This document shows positions 44,659-53,092 of a stretch of 64,000 nucleotides of DNA, one piece after another. The stretch is from an uncultured Clostridiaceae bacterium. Its GTDB lineage: Bacteria; Bacillota; Clostridia; TANB77; CAG-465. Numbering within the stretch: the stretch's first letter is position 1; the number at the start of each line of letters is the position of its first letter. The position numbers and the translations under genes were made by a program. The DNA lies in assembly GCA_947169155.1 (NCBI GenBank), contig CAMVON010000003.1, forward strand, positions 76,285 through 140,284, in the 5' to 3' direction. The notes below the pieces were generated by a model, which was given only the letters and a program-made list of their open reading frames with translations, was not told the DNA's origin and did not search any database.

Positions 44659-46236
44659 ATGGAAGATAATATTAAAAATTATATATCTAATGGAAATATA
44701 GATATGGAAAAGATGATAAATAAATACAAGGGATATATTAGAACTGTTATTAGTAATGAAGCAAAAGAATACCTAAGTGAAGAAGATATAGATGAGGCTA
44801 TATCTGATGTATTCATTAATATATGGCATAATAAAAATAGAATGCTAGAAAGCAAAAACTTAAAAAATTATATTGTAGGTATATCTAAAAATGTGACTAG
44901 AAATAAGATAAGAGAAAAAATAAAAAAATATAGTGAGGTTGAACTTAATGAAGATATAGTATCAGATACAGAAGATTTAGAATTAATACTAAATAATAAT
45001 CAAATAGCCGAAGCAATAAAAGAGGAACTTAATAATTTATCAGAAGATGAGTATAAGGTATTTTGCAATTACTATTACCTAGACAAAAGTACAAAAGATA
45101 TTGCATATGAATTAAAAATGTCTGAAATTAATATTAGAGTAAAACTACACAGAATAAGAAATAAACTAAAAAACAAATTATCAAAAAAAGGAATAGATAT
45201 AAGTAAATATATTGGAATTGCTATTCTGGTAACATTATTAATCTTATCATTTGCTGGAGCTAAAGCTATTGTTAAATACTTCTTTAAAGATGTATCAAAA
45301 GGTGTAAAAACAGCAGAAGGCAATGGATATGTACAAGAATTTGAAGTAGAAGAAAACAATAGTAAAGTTGACATTCAAGTAGAAAAAATAATAATGGATG
45401 ACTATAATTTAAACATAATGTTTAATATTAAGTTACCTCAAAATATAAAAGTTTCAGAGATTAAAGAATGCTCTTTTACAGACTTGTTTATTACAGATGA
45501 AAATGATAATTGGATAGTAACCAAATTTCAAAGTGAGAAATTAACAATTAAAGAGGCAGAAGAAATAAGAAATATGATGAATTATCCCGGCCTGAATCTA
45601 GGAAATGAAAGCTCACATATAGCAAATTATACAGATGATTCAATTAAATATTCATATACAACTAATTCAAATGAATTTCCTAAGTCAAAAACATTAAAGA
45701 TACAAATGGATCAAATAATATTAGAAATGAATAATGGAGAAAATATAACTCTAGATGGATATTGGACTATAGATATAGATTTGCCTGAAGAATTTTATAA
45801 CAGACAACAAATAGTATACAATTTAAAAAATGTTAGTGATTCAAGATTTGTTTTTGAATATTTTATAGTTTCTAAAACAGGAGCAAAATTCATGTATACT
45901 AGTTCATGGGTTAATCCTGATTATGATCCAAATGATGATAAAGAAACATTTGAAAAAAAGTTTAATGCATGGTTGGATGATCCAAAATGGAACCACATAG
46001 ATGAATATAGAGGACTTTATGTAGAAAATGAAAATGGAGAAAAATTCTATCAATCAGCAAAATCAGATGGTGATGGATATACAGATGTTGCTTGGAATGG
46101 AAATATAGAAAGTATGAGTACTTTAGAAATAACAGAGTATGATTTGACAGATAAACTATGGGTTCATCTAAAATACACTAAAGAGTATTATGGAGAAGAT
46201 GGAGAAGTTATATTTGAACTTGAAAGAAGTAAATAA
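44659..46236 (+). CDS. ECF-type sigma-70 factor fused through one TM helix to a large extracytoplasmic (DUF4179-like) anti-sigma-type domain
   Basis: 525 aa; region 2 (..DEAISDVFINIWHN..), region 4 HTH (..STKDIAYELKMSEINIRVKLHRIRNKL..), TM IGIAILVTLLILSFAGAKAIV, then about 320 aa predicted outside. Confidence 0.75.
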   Translation: MEDNIKNYISNGNIDMEKMINKYKGYIRTVISNEAKEYLSEEDIDEAISDVFINIWHNKNRMLESKNLKNYIVGISKNVTRNKIREKIKKYSEVELNEDIVSDTEDLELILNNNQIAEAIKEELNNLSEDEYKVFCNYYYLDKSTKDIAYELKMSEINIRVKLHRIRNKLKNKLSKKGIDISKYIGIAILVTLLILSFAGAKAIVKYFFKDVSKGVKTAEGNGYVQEFEVEENNSKVDIQVEKIIMDDYNLNIMFNIKLPQNIKVSEIKECSFTDLFITDENDNWIVTKFQSEKLTIKEAEEIRNMMNYPGLNLGNESSHIANYTDDSIKYSYTTNSNEFPKSKTLKIQMDQIILEMNNGENITLDGYWTIDIDLPEEFYNRQQIVYNLKNVSDSRFVFEYFIVSKTGAKFMYTSSWVNPDYDPNDDKETFEKKFNAWLDDPKWNHIDEYRGLYVENENGEKFYQSAKSDGDGYTDVAWNGNIESMSTLEITEYDLTDKLWVHLKYTKEYYGEDGEVIFELERSK

Positions 46237-46237
46237 A

Positions 46238-46270
46238 AATACAGGACTAAGTCCTGTATTTTCTTTTTTA
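46238..46270. terminator. Bidirectional rho-independent terminator
   Basis: Stem AATACAGGAC (46238-46247) / GTCCTGTATT (46251-46260) flanked by A-rich and T-rich runs; lies between convergent genes. Confidence 0.8.
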
Positions 46271-46621
46271 TATATTACCGTATGCCATAATAAAAGTAAT
46301 AATTAAATAGCATATAGGTAATACATAGCTTATTTTTTTGTTTTTAGTGAAACTAAATACTGAAACTAAGATAATAAACAAAGGTATAATGAAAAATATA
46401 ATTAGTAGATTTCCGCTGTTCACTATATTAAAATGATTAAATACATTATTAGGCATCATTATTGCTTCAAAATATAGTGGATATAAACTAAAAACCAAAG
46501 TAATAATTTCAATTACAAATAATGCAGTTTCTAATTTAACCTTTGAATATAGTAAAATTACAAAAATTACTACTAAAGTAAAAGGTAAAAAATTAAATAA
46601 ACTCAATATACTAAAATCCAT
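46268..46621 (-). CDS. Four-TM hydrophobic protein
   Basis: 117 aa; AAGGAG RBS in the 12-nt gap after the Sel1 gene stop; four TM helices; no family recognised. Confidence 0.6.
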   Translation of the reverse strand: MDFSILSLFNFLPFTLVVIFVILLYSKVKLETALFVIEIITLVFSLYPLYFEAIMMPNNVFNHFNIVNSGNLLIIFFIIPLFIILVSVFSFTKNKKISYVLPICYLIITFIMAYGNI

Positions 46622-46633
46622 ATTGTACTCCTT

Positions 46634-48187
46634 TTATACATCAAAATTAATTTTTTTCTTCTTGCTTATACCTTTAAGTTGAGCATTAATTCTATCTATT
46701 GTTTCATCATCACATTCATCCATACAAGTATAAACAGAAGCATATTCTTTAGCTTTCTTTAAGAATTCATTGTTTTCTGTTTCTTTATACTTTTCAAAAT
46801 AAATGTATATTAAATCTTCATAAGCTTTGTATATTCCATGTTCTATACATTCTTCAAGAAGTTTAATGCTTTTTTCTAAATCTTTAGCAATACCAATATC
46901 TGCTTGGCCTGTCTCGTAAAAATAGTGTGCTAAGTTATACTTAGACCAGAAGTTTATTGAATATACTGTTGCGTCAGTTGCTAAGGTGTAGTAATCAAAA
47001 GCTTTTTTTAGATTCTTCTTAGTACCAAGTCCAAGTCTATACATTTGACCAAGTTTGTTTCTTGCCCAGCTTTCACCCTGAGCCGCGCTAGATTTATATA
47101 ACTCTTTTGCTTTCTTAATATTTCCTTCTTCTTCAAGCATAATACCAAGGTTGTTTATTGCATAAACATAGTTTTTATCTGCTGCAAATTCAAATAGTTT
47201 CTTTGCTTTCTTTAAATCTTTCTTTATGAATGGTACATCACCATTTTTAAATACAGTACCTAAGCTATTTATTGCACTAATGCAATTTAGATGTCTTGCT
47301 CTGTTAAAGTATCTAAATGCATTTTTTAAATCTTCACGGCTTCTAGTACCAATAAATCCATTATAGTATAAATGCCCAATAGCCCATATTGCATTTGGAT
47401 GGTTTTTAGCTGCAGCTCGCATAAAGAAGTTGTAGCTTTCTTGGTATCTAGGGTATCCTGCAACTTGTCCGTATAACTCTAGCGAACCCATTTCAAAACA
47501 TGCATATGGATTATCTTTTTTAGCAAGTTCATGTACTCCACGAATAGACCATAGTCCACCACGAAGTTGAACTGTAACAAACTCTATTGCGTCATCAGAT
47601 GATACTTCAGAAGAGTATAGAAAATCATCTAGTGTATCCATAAATTTATCTTCAATATATACTGGTTGTTTTTTATCTAATATAACAAAGAATAGTACTT
47701 CAACGAAAAACTTGTATAGATTCTTTTGGTCAAGTAATCTTTTAAGTTGTCCAGAAAATTCTTTAGTTACTTCTAGATCGTTTTTAGAAATGTTATATAA
47801 TCTTAAACATACTTTATGAAACTTAGTATTAGAATTAATAACATCTATTGGTTGGTTAAAGTAGTCCTTAGTAATAAAGACATTCTTGTTATCTATAGTA
47901 GCTATTATATTTAGTATTATATTCTTAAATATAGTTTCATCTTTTTGGTACTTTTGTCTCCATTCTACATATATGTTTTTGTATGTAGAGTTAATTGCTC
48001 TAACGCCAGTACAATAGTTGTTTACTGTTGTATCGGATATTGAGTCAATATCAAAAAGGATACAAAATATCTCAGATTGAATAGTAAAATTCTTGTTATT
48101 TGTTTCTTCTTTTAATATTCTAAATAAGTTACCCAAAGACAAATGTCTATTGTTGTTATTTAGTTTAACATAGTTCTTTTTACTCAT
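46634..48187 (-). CDS. Sel1-repeat (SLR) protein with an N-terminal HTH-like domain
   Basis: 517 aa from ATG 48187 (AGGAGAA RBS; the 48250 TTG start has none); N-terminus ..LSLGNLFRILKEETN..FTIQSEIFCILFDIDSISDTTVNNYCTGVRAIN.. is XRE-HTH-like (weak); C-terminal half has at least 6 Sel1-like repeats (..AINNLGIMLEEEGNIKKAKELYKSSAAQGESWARNKLGQMYRLG..). Confidence 0.7.
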   Translation of the reverse strand: MSKKNYVKLNNNNRHLSLGNLFRILKEETNNKNFTIQSEIFCILFDIDSISDTTVNNYCTGVRAINSTYKNIYVEWRQKYQKDETIFKNIILNIIATIDNKNVFITKDYFNQPIDVINSNTKFHKVCLRLYNISKNDLEVTKEFSGQLKRLLDQKNLYKFFVEVLFFVILDKKQPVYIEDKFMDTLDDFLYSSEVSSDDAIEFVTVQLRGGLWSIRGVHELAKKDNPYACFEMGSLELYGQVAGYPRYQESYNFFMRAAAKNHPNAIWAIGHLYYNGFIGTRSREDLKNAFRYFNRARHLNCISAINSLGTVFKNGDVPFIKKDLKKAKKLFEFAADKNYVYAINNLGIMLEEEGNIKKAKELYKSSAAQGESWARNKLGQMYRLGLGTKKNLKKAFDYYTLATDATVYSINFWSKYNLAHYFYETGQADIGIAKDLEKSIKLLEECIEHGIYKAYEDLIYIYFEKYKETENNEFLKKAKEYASVYTCMDECDDETIDRINAQLKGISKKKKINFDV

Positions 48188-48244
48188 GTTTTCTCCTTGT
48201 GAATTTAGTGTGGATTTATCTTTTTTGCTGTAGTTTAATATGTG

Positions 48245-48273
48245 TTGCAAAAAGATATTTTTTTGCGTATAAT
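48245..48273 (+). promoter_or_regulatory. Sigma-A consensus promoter for the alr operon
   Basis: TTGCAA (48245-48250), 17 nt, TATAAT (48268-48273); predicts a leader of about 108 nt. Confidence 0.55.
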
Positions 48274-48291
48274 AATTATATACACAAGAAC

Positions 48292-48320
48292 ATTATAGCA
48301 TAAAACAAGTAATAAAGCAA
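48292..48320 (-). promoter_or_regulatory. Sigma-A type promoter for the Sel1-repeat gene (divergent; face-to-face with the alr promoter, so the two predicted transcripts overlap)
   Basis: Minus strand reads TTGCTT (48320-48315), 17 nt, TG-n-TATAAT (48297-48292). Confidence 0.55.
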
Positions 48321-48387
48321 AGTTTGACATAATATTACTACATTTTTCACTATTTTTTGTGTCTTGTGAAAAAAGTGAGGATTTTTT

Positions 48388-49452
48388 ATGAAAGCAAAGT
48401 TATATATAAATAGACAAAACTTGAAAGAAAACATAGAATATATAAGAAATAAAATAGGAAATCGTAAAATAATAGCAATGGTAAAAGCAAACGCATATGG
48501 AACTGGAGATACTTTAGTAGCTAATGAACTACAAAATATGGGAGTAGATGCTTTTGGTGTTGCAAACATTGAAGAAGCAAAAAGAATAAGAGATGCAGGT
48601 ATAAAAGGAATGATTCTTGTTACTTGCGTTGTATATACAGATGAGCTTAAAGAGGCAATAGCAAATGATATCTCTATGTCAATAAGTGATATAGAAGAAT
48701 TAAAATACATAGATGAAGAAGCAAAAAGACAATCTAAAGTTGCAAAACTTCACATTAAAGTGGATACTGGTATGACTCGTCTTGGCTTTACACCAGAAAA
48801 TGTATTAGCGGCGATAAAAGAGATTGAAAAACATGAAAATATAGAACTTGAAGGAATCTATACACATTTATCTTGTGCAGATTCAGATGAAGAATATACA
48901 TTAGACCAAATTAGAATATTTAGAGAAACTGTTGAAGATGCAAAAAGAATTGCAGATTTCAAATACATTCATATTCTAAATTCAGATGGAACAGAGATGT
49001 ATACAGATGAACCACAAATTGATACACATGTACGTGTTGGTATATCAATGTACGGATATAGCAAAAATATGCAACCAATAACTAAACTTACAGCACCTGT
49101 TATCCACATTAACAACATAGAAAAGTACACAAAAGTTGGATATTCTGGCATATATATTGCAAAACCAAACACCAAAATAGCAGTAGTAAAAATTGGATAT
49201 GCTGATGGTCTATCTCGTTGTTTATCTAATAACTTGTCTGTTACTGTAAATGGTGTAGAATGTGCACAAGTAGGTAACATTTGTATGGATATGATGATGA
49301 TAGATGTAACAGACGCTCCTGTTTCAATAGGAGACGAAGTAGTAATTTGGGATTATACAAATGATTTAAAAGATATAGCAAAATTATCTCACAAGATTGT
49401 ATATGAAGTAATATCTAATCTAGGAGATAGAATTGAAAGGATCGTGGAATAG
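48388..49452 (+). CDS. alr: Alanine racemase
   Basis: 354 aa; GAGGA RBS; PLP-lysine motif ..AMVKANAYGTG..; ..GIYTHL.. and C-terminal ..GNICMDMMMIDV.. motifs. Confidence 0.9.
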   Translation: MKAKLYINRQNLKENIEYIRNKIGNRKIIAMVKANAYGTGDTLVANELQNMGVDAFGVANIEEAKRIRDAGIKGMILVTCVVYTDELKEAIANDISMSISDIEELKYIDEEAKRQSKVAKLHIKVDTGMTRLGFTPENVLAAIKEIEKHENIELEGIYTHLSCADSDEEYTLDQIRIFRETVEDAKRIADFKYIHILNSDGTEMYTDEPQIDTHVRVGISMYGYSKNMQPITKLTAPVIHINNIEKYTKVGYSGIYIAKPNTKIAVVKIGYADGLSRCLSNNLSVTVNGVECAQVGNICMDMMMIDVTDAPVSIGDEVVIWDYTNDLKDIAKLSHKIVYEVISNLGDRIERIVE

Positions 49453-50222
49453 TGGAAATAACAATTAAAGGCCTTAAAATTAATTATATAAAAGAAGGGC
49501 CAGAATCTAACACTAATATTTTAATACTACACGGATGGGGAGTAGATCATACAACATATAAAGATATGATTGCAGAACTTTCTAAAAAGTTTACAACATA
49601 TGCAATAGACTTCCCAGGTTTTGGCAAAAGTGACGAACCAGATAGTAGTTATACAGTAGAAGACTATGCAAAGCTTACATTAGAGTTTATTGAAAAAAAT
49701 AATATGAAAAATGTAGTACTAATTGGTCATTCTTTTGGTGGAAGAGTAATCATTAAACTTACTGGAAAGTTAGGTTTTGAAGCTAAAAAAATAATTTTAG
49801 TAGATAGTGCGGGAATTAAACCTAAAAAGACTTTAAAAAGAAAATTAAAAGAGGTATTATATAAAGTAGCAAAAGGTACAATTAAATTATTCTTAGGAAA
49901 GAAAGCAGATAGCGTAATTTCAAAATTAAGAAATAAAATGGGTTCCTCAGACTATGTTAATGCAAACGATAACATGAAGGAAGTATTCAAAAATGTAATT
50001 AATGAAGACTTAACAGAATATCTTCCAAACATTAAAGCATCAACATTACTTATATGGGGAACACTAGATACAGAGACACCACTGTCTGATGCAAAAATTA
50101 TGGAGGCAAAAATACCTGATGCAGGACTTGTACAAATAACAAATGGAGGACATTTTAGTTTCCTAAATAATCCAGTGTTATTTAATGCAGTTGTAAATAA
50201 ATTTTTAGAGGGGTGTGATTAG
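49452..50222 (+). CDS. Alpha/beta-fold hydrolase
   Basis: 256 aa; GTG start overlapping the alr TAG by 1 nt; ..ILILHGWG.., nucleophile elbow ..GHSFGG.., C-terminal ..GGHF.. Confidence 0.8.
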   Translation: MEITIKGLKINYIKEGPESNTNILILHGWGVDHTTYKDMIAELSKKFTTYAIDFPGFGKSDEPDSSYTVEDYAKLTLEFIEKNNMKNVVLIGHSFGGRVIIKLTGKLGFEAKKIILVDSAGIKPKKTLKRKLKEVLYKVAKGTIKLFLGKKADSVISKLRNKMGSSDYVNANDNMKEVFKNVINEDLTEYLPNIKASTLLIWGTLDTETPLSDAKIMEAKIPDAGLVQITNGGHFSFLNNPVLFNAVVNKFLEGCD

Positions 50223-51803
50223 ATGGTACTAAAAATATGCGTGCTACTATACGTAGTTTCTCTAGTGCTAATTGTAGTTAACATTAACAAATTTATGCAT
50301 ATATTCCAACAATCATTTTATGAGATAGATGAATTTTTACCAGCAATAAGAACAACAAAATCTTTATACATAAATGGATATAATGCAATATTATTAATAT
50401 TTGCTGTTGCGACATTTTTTAATATTTATATGATTGTTCCATTTACTCTAGCAAGTATTTTTACAGCATATAAAACAGTGTCAAATAGAGCAGTTGCAAA
50501 GAAAAAGTTTGTATATACAAATAGGGTAAAAATTACTTATGCAGTAATAGCAATAATTATGATATTAATTGCATATGGAGTATGGACATTAAGAGAACAA
50601 GGAATTATTCCAATCGCTCTATGTATTTTATCATTATATAGATTTGTAGCTATAGATTTAATATTCATTGGAAATTTTTTAGCAAAGCCAATATTAAAAA
50701 TATTTAATAGCAGATACATTAAACAAGCTAAAAAAATAATGGAAGAAAACAAGAAAATGGTTACAATAGGTATTACAGGAAGTTATGGTAAAACATCTAC
50801 TAAAAATATTGTAACTGCACTTTTAGAGGAAAAGTTTATTACTGTAATGACACCAAAAAGTTTTAATACAACTTTAGGTGTAGTTAAGACTATTCGTGAG
50901 CAAATAAAACCATATACAGAAGTATTTGTATGTGAGATGGGAGCTGCGCGTTTAGGAGAAATAAAAGAGATTTGTGGTATTGCCAAACCAGATATATCTG
51001 TTATTACTTCAATTGGACCACAACATTTAACAAGTTTTAAATCTATGGATAACATTGTTAAAGGAAAATTTGAAATAGTAACAAATGCAAAGGTTAATTC
51101 TACAGCAATACTAAATATAGATAATGAATATATTAACCAAGGAATAGAAAGATTTGGAAAAGATAAAGATATTATTTCTTTTGCTGTAGAAGGAAAAGAT
51201 GCAAAATACACCGTAGAAAATATAAATATGTCAGACAAAGGTAGTGTTTTTGATGTTGTAGCACCAGATACAAGAATAACGGTTGAAACAAAACTACTTG
51301 GAAAACACAACATTGCAAATATTGTATGTGCCATAGCAATTGCACGTGAACTTGGTATGACAAATGAAGAAATTAGACGTGGAATAAGAAAAATTAAACC
51401 AGTAGAACACAGACTAGAACTTAAAAATATGGGTGGAATTCTTGCACTAGATGATGCATTTAATTCTAACCCAGCAGGTTCAAAAGCTGCAATTGAAACA
51501 TTATTAATGTTTAAAGACAAATACAAAGTATTAGTAACTCCTGGAATGATAGAACTAGGAGAAAAAACAGACGAACTAAATGAAAAATTTGGTGAGTATG
51601 CAGCAGACTTAGACTATGTAATACTAGTTGGAAAAGTAACAACTAAAGCAATAGAAAAAGGCCTAAAAAACAAAGGCTATGAAAACTATATTGTTGTAAA
51701 TGATCTGTATGAAGCATTTGCAAAACTACAAGAGATTCAAATAAGTCATGAAAATCTACTTGCACTTTTTGAAAATGACCTACCAGATAGTTACATTAAG
51801 TAA
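50223..51803 (+). CDS. murF: MurF-type Mur ligase (UDP-MurNAc-tripeptide--D-Ala-D-Ala ligase) with a polytopic membrane N-terminus
   Basis: 526 aa; ATG directly abuts the upstream TAG; about 170 aa with 4-5 TM helices, then Mur ligase P-loop ..IGITGSYGKTSTK.., ..CEMGA.., ..ITSIGPQHL.., ..DDAFNSNP.. Confidence 0.8.
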   Translation: MVLKICVLLYVVSLVLIVVNINKFMHIFQQSFYEIDEFLPAIRTTKSLYINGYNAILLIFAVATFFNIYMIVPFTLASIFTAYKTVSNRAVAKKKFVYTNRVKITYAVIAIIMILIAYGVWTLREQGIIPIALCILSLYRFVAIDLIFIGNFLAKPILKIFNSRYIKQAKKIMEENKKMVTIGITGSYGKTSTKNIVTALLEEKFITVMTPKSFNTTLGVVKTIREQIKPYTEVFVCEMGAARLGEIKEICGIAKPDISVITSIGPQHLTSFKSMDNIVKGKFEIVTNAKVNSTAILNIDNEYINQGIERFGKDKDIISFAVEGKDAKYTVENINMSDKGSVFDVVAPDTRITVETKLLGKHNIANIVCAIAIARELGMTNEEIRRGIRKIKPVEHRLELKNMGGILALDDAFNSNPAGSKAAIETLLMFKDKYKVLVTPGMIELGEKTDELNEKFGEYAADLDYVILVGKVTTKAIEKGLKNKGYENYIVVNDLYEAFAKLQEIQISHENLLALFENDLPDSYIK

Positions 51804-51821
51804 GAAAGGAAGTAATTAGTT

Positions 51822-53024
51822 ATGAAAACAGTAGTTGGAGTATTTTTTGGAGGAAAAAGCGTAGAGCACGAAGTATCAATTATTTCTGCTTTGCAAGCAA
51901 TGGAAAATTTAGATCAATCTAAATATGATGTAGTACCAGTGTATATTTCTAAAGATAATAGATTTTTTACATCTGAACTATTAACTAAAATTGAAGAATT
52001 TAAAGATTTAGAAGAAGTTAAAAGACTTGCAAACGAAGTATATTTTACAAGCGAAGAAGGAAAACTTGTATTAAATGCTAAAAAAGGAATATTTAAGAAA
52101 ACTCTTGCAAAAATAGATGTAGTATTCCCAGTAGTTCATGGATTAAACGTAGAAGATGGAACTCTAGAAGGACTACTTGAAATGTACAACATTCCATATG
52201 TTGGATGTGATGTATGTGCCTCTGCAGTAGGAATGAACAAAATAATATTTAAGAAAGTATTAGAGGCTTCAAAACTTCCTGTAGTAGAATATGTAACAGT
52301 AAATGCACAAGAGTTTCAAGAAGATCCAGATATGACTTATGAAAAAATAACAAGAACTCTAAATCTACCAATAATTGTAAAACCAGCCAACCTTGGCTCA
52401 AGTGTTGGAATTGAAGTTATTAAAACTAAAGATGAATATAAAGAAAAAATGCAAAATGTATTTGTATTTTGTGAAAGTGTTCTAATTGAAAGATGTGTAA
52501 CTAACTTAAGAGAAATTAACTGTTCAGTTGTTGGTAACTTCGCAGAACAAGAATGTTCAGTTTTAGAAGAACCAATCAAAACAGATGAAATATTAAGTTA
52601 TAAAGATAAATACATGGGAGATGGAAAAGGCACAAAAGGAGTAAAAGGTGGAAAACTTGGAATGAAAGCAGGCGGACCAAAAAGCTCTGGTATGGCATCT
52701 CTAACAAGAAAAATTCCTGCAGAACTAACTAAAGCTCAAGAAGATGAAATATATTCTCTAGCAAAAGAGACTTTCAAAGTATTAAACTGTGAAGGTATTT
52801 CAAGAATAGACTTCATTATAGATGGAGATAATAATAAAGTATATGTAAACGAAATTAACACAATACCTGGATCTTTATCTTTCTATCTATGGGAACCAAA
52901 AGGCATACCATTTAATGAACTTTTAGATAAAGCTATAAGATATGCAATTAAGAGAAAAGAAAGAAGAGACAAAATTACATATTCTACAAACGTAAATATT
53001 TTAAATATGACTGCAAAAAAATAA
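51822..53024 (+). CDS. ddl: D-alanine--D-alanine ligase with a Gly/Lys-rich insertion
   Basis: 400 aa; ..VGVFFGGKSVEHEVS.. start; ATP-grasp ..PIIVKPANLGSSVGI..; ..EINTIPG..; insertion GDGKGTKGVKGGKLGMKAGGPKSSG before ..RKIPAEL.. Confidence 0.85.
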   Translation: MKTVVGVFFGGKSVEHEVSIISALQAMENLDQSKYDVVPVYISKDNRFFTSELLTKIEEFKDLEEVKRLANEVYFTSEEGKLVLNAKKGIFKKTLAKIDVVFPVVHGLNVEDGTLEGLLEMYNIPYVGCDVCASAVGMNKIIFKKVLEASKLPVVEYVTVNAQEFQEDPDMTYEKITRTLNLPIIVKPANLGSSVGIEVIKTKDEYKEKMQNVFVFCESVLIERCVTNLREINCSVVGNFAEQECSVLEEPIKTDEILSYKDKYMGDGKGTKGVKGGKLGMKAGGPKSSGMASLTRKIPAELTKAQEDEIYSLAKETFKVLNCEGISRIDFIIDGDNNKVYVNEINTIPGSLSFYLWEPKGIPFNELLDKAIRYAIKRKERRDKITYSTNVNILNMTAKK

Positions 53025-53092
53025 TTCAATATTCACAATTAAAATAATTTATAGTATAATATTTTTGAAATTGTGACAGGGGATATAATTAT

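Noticed and set aside
50783-51526. 247-aa minus-strand ORF inside murF
   Set aside because: It is antisense to the Mur ligase domain, which has clear motifs. It has a low-complexity Ser/Ile/Phe-rich sequence and no start context.
48388-53024. Possible vancomycin-resistance-type (van) cluster because of alr + ddl + Mur ligase
   Set aside because: There is no vanH-type dehydrogenase, vanX/vanY dipeptidase or vanRS two-component genes. The arrangement looks like a housekeeping D-Ala branch. Ligase specificity cannot be judged by eye.
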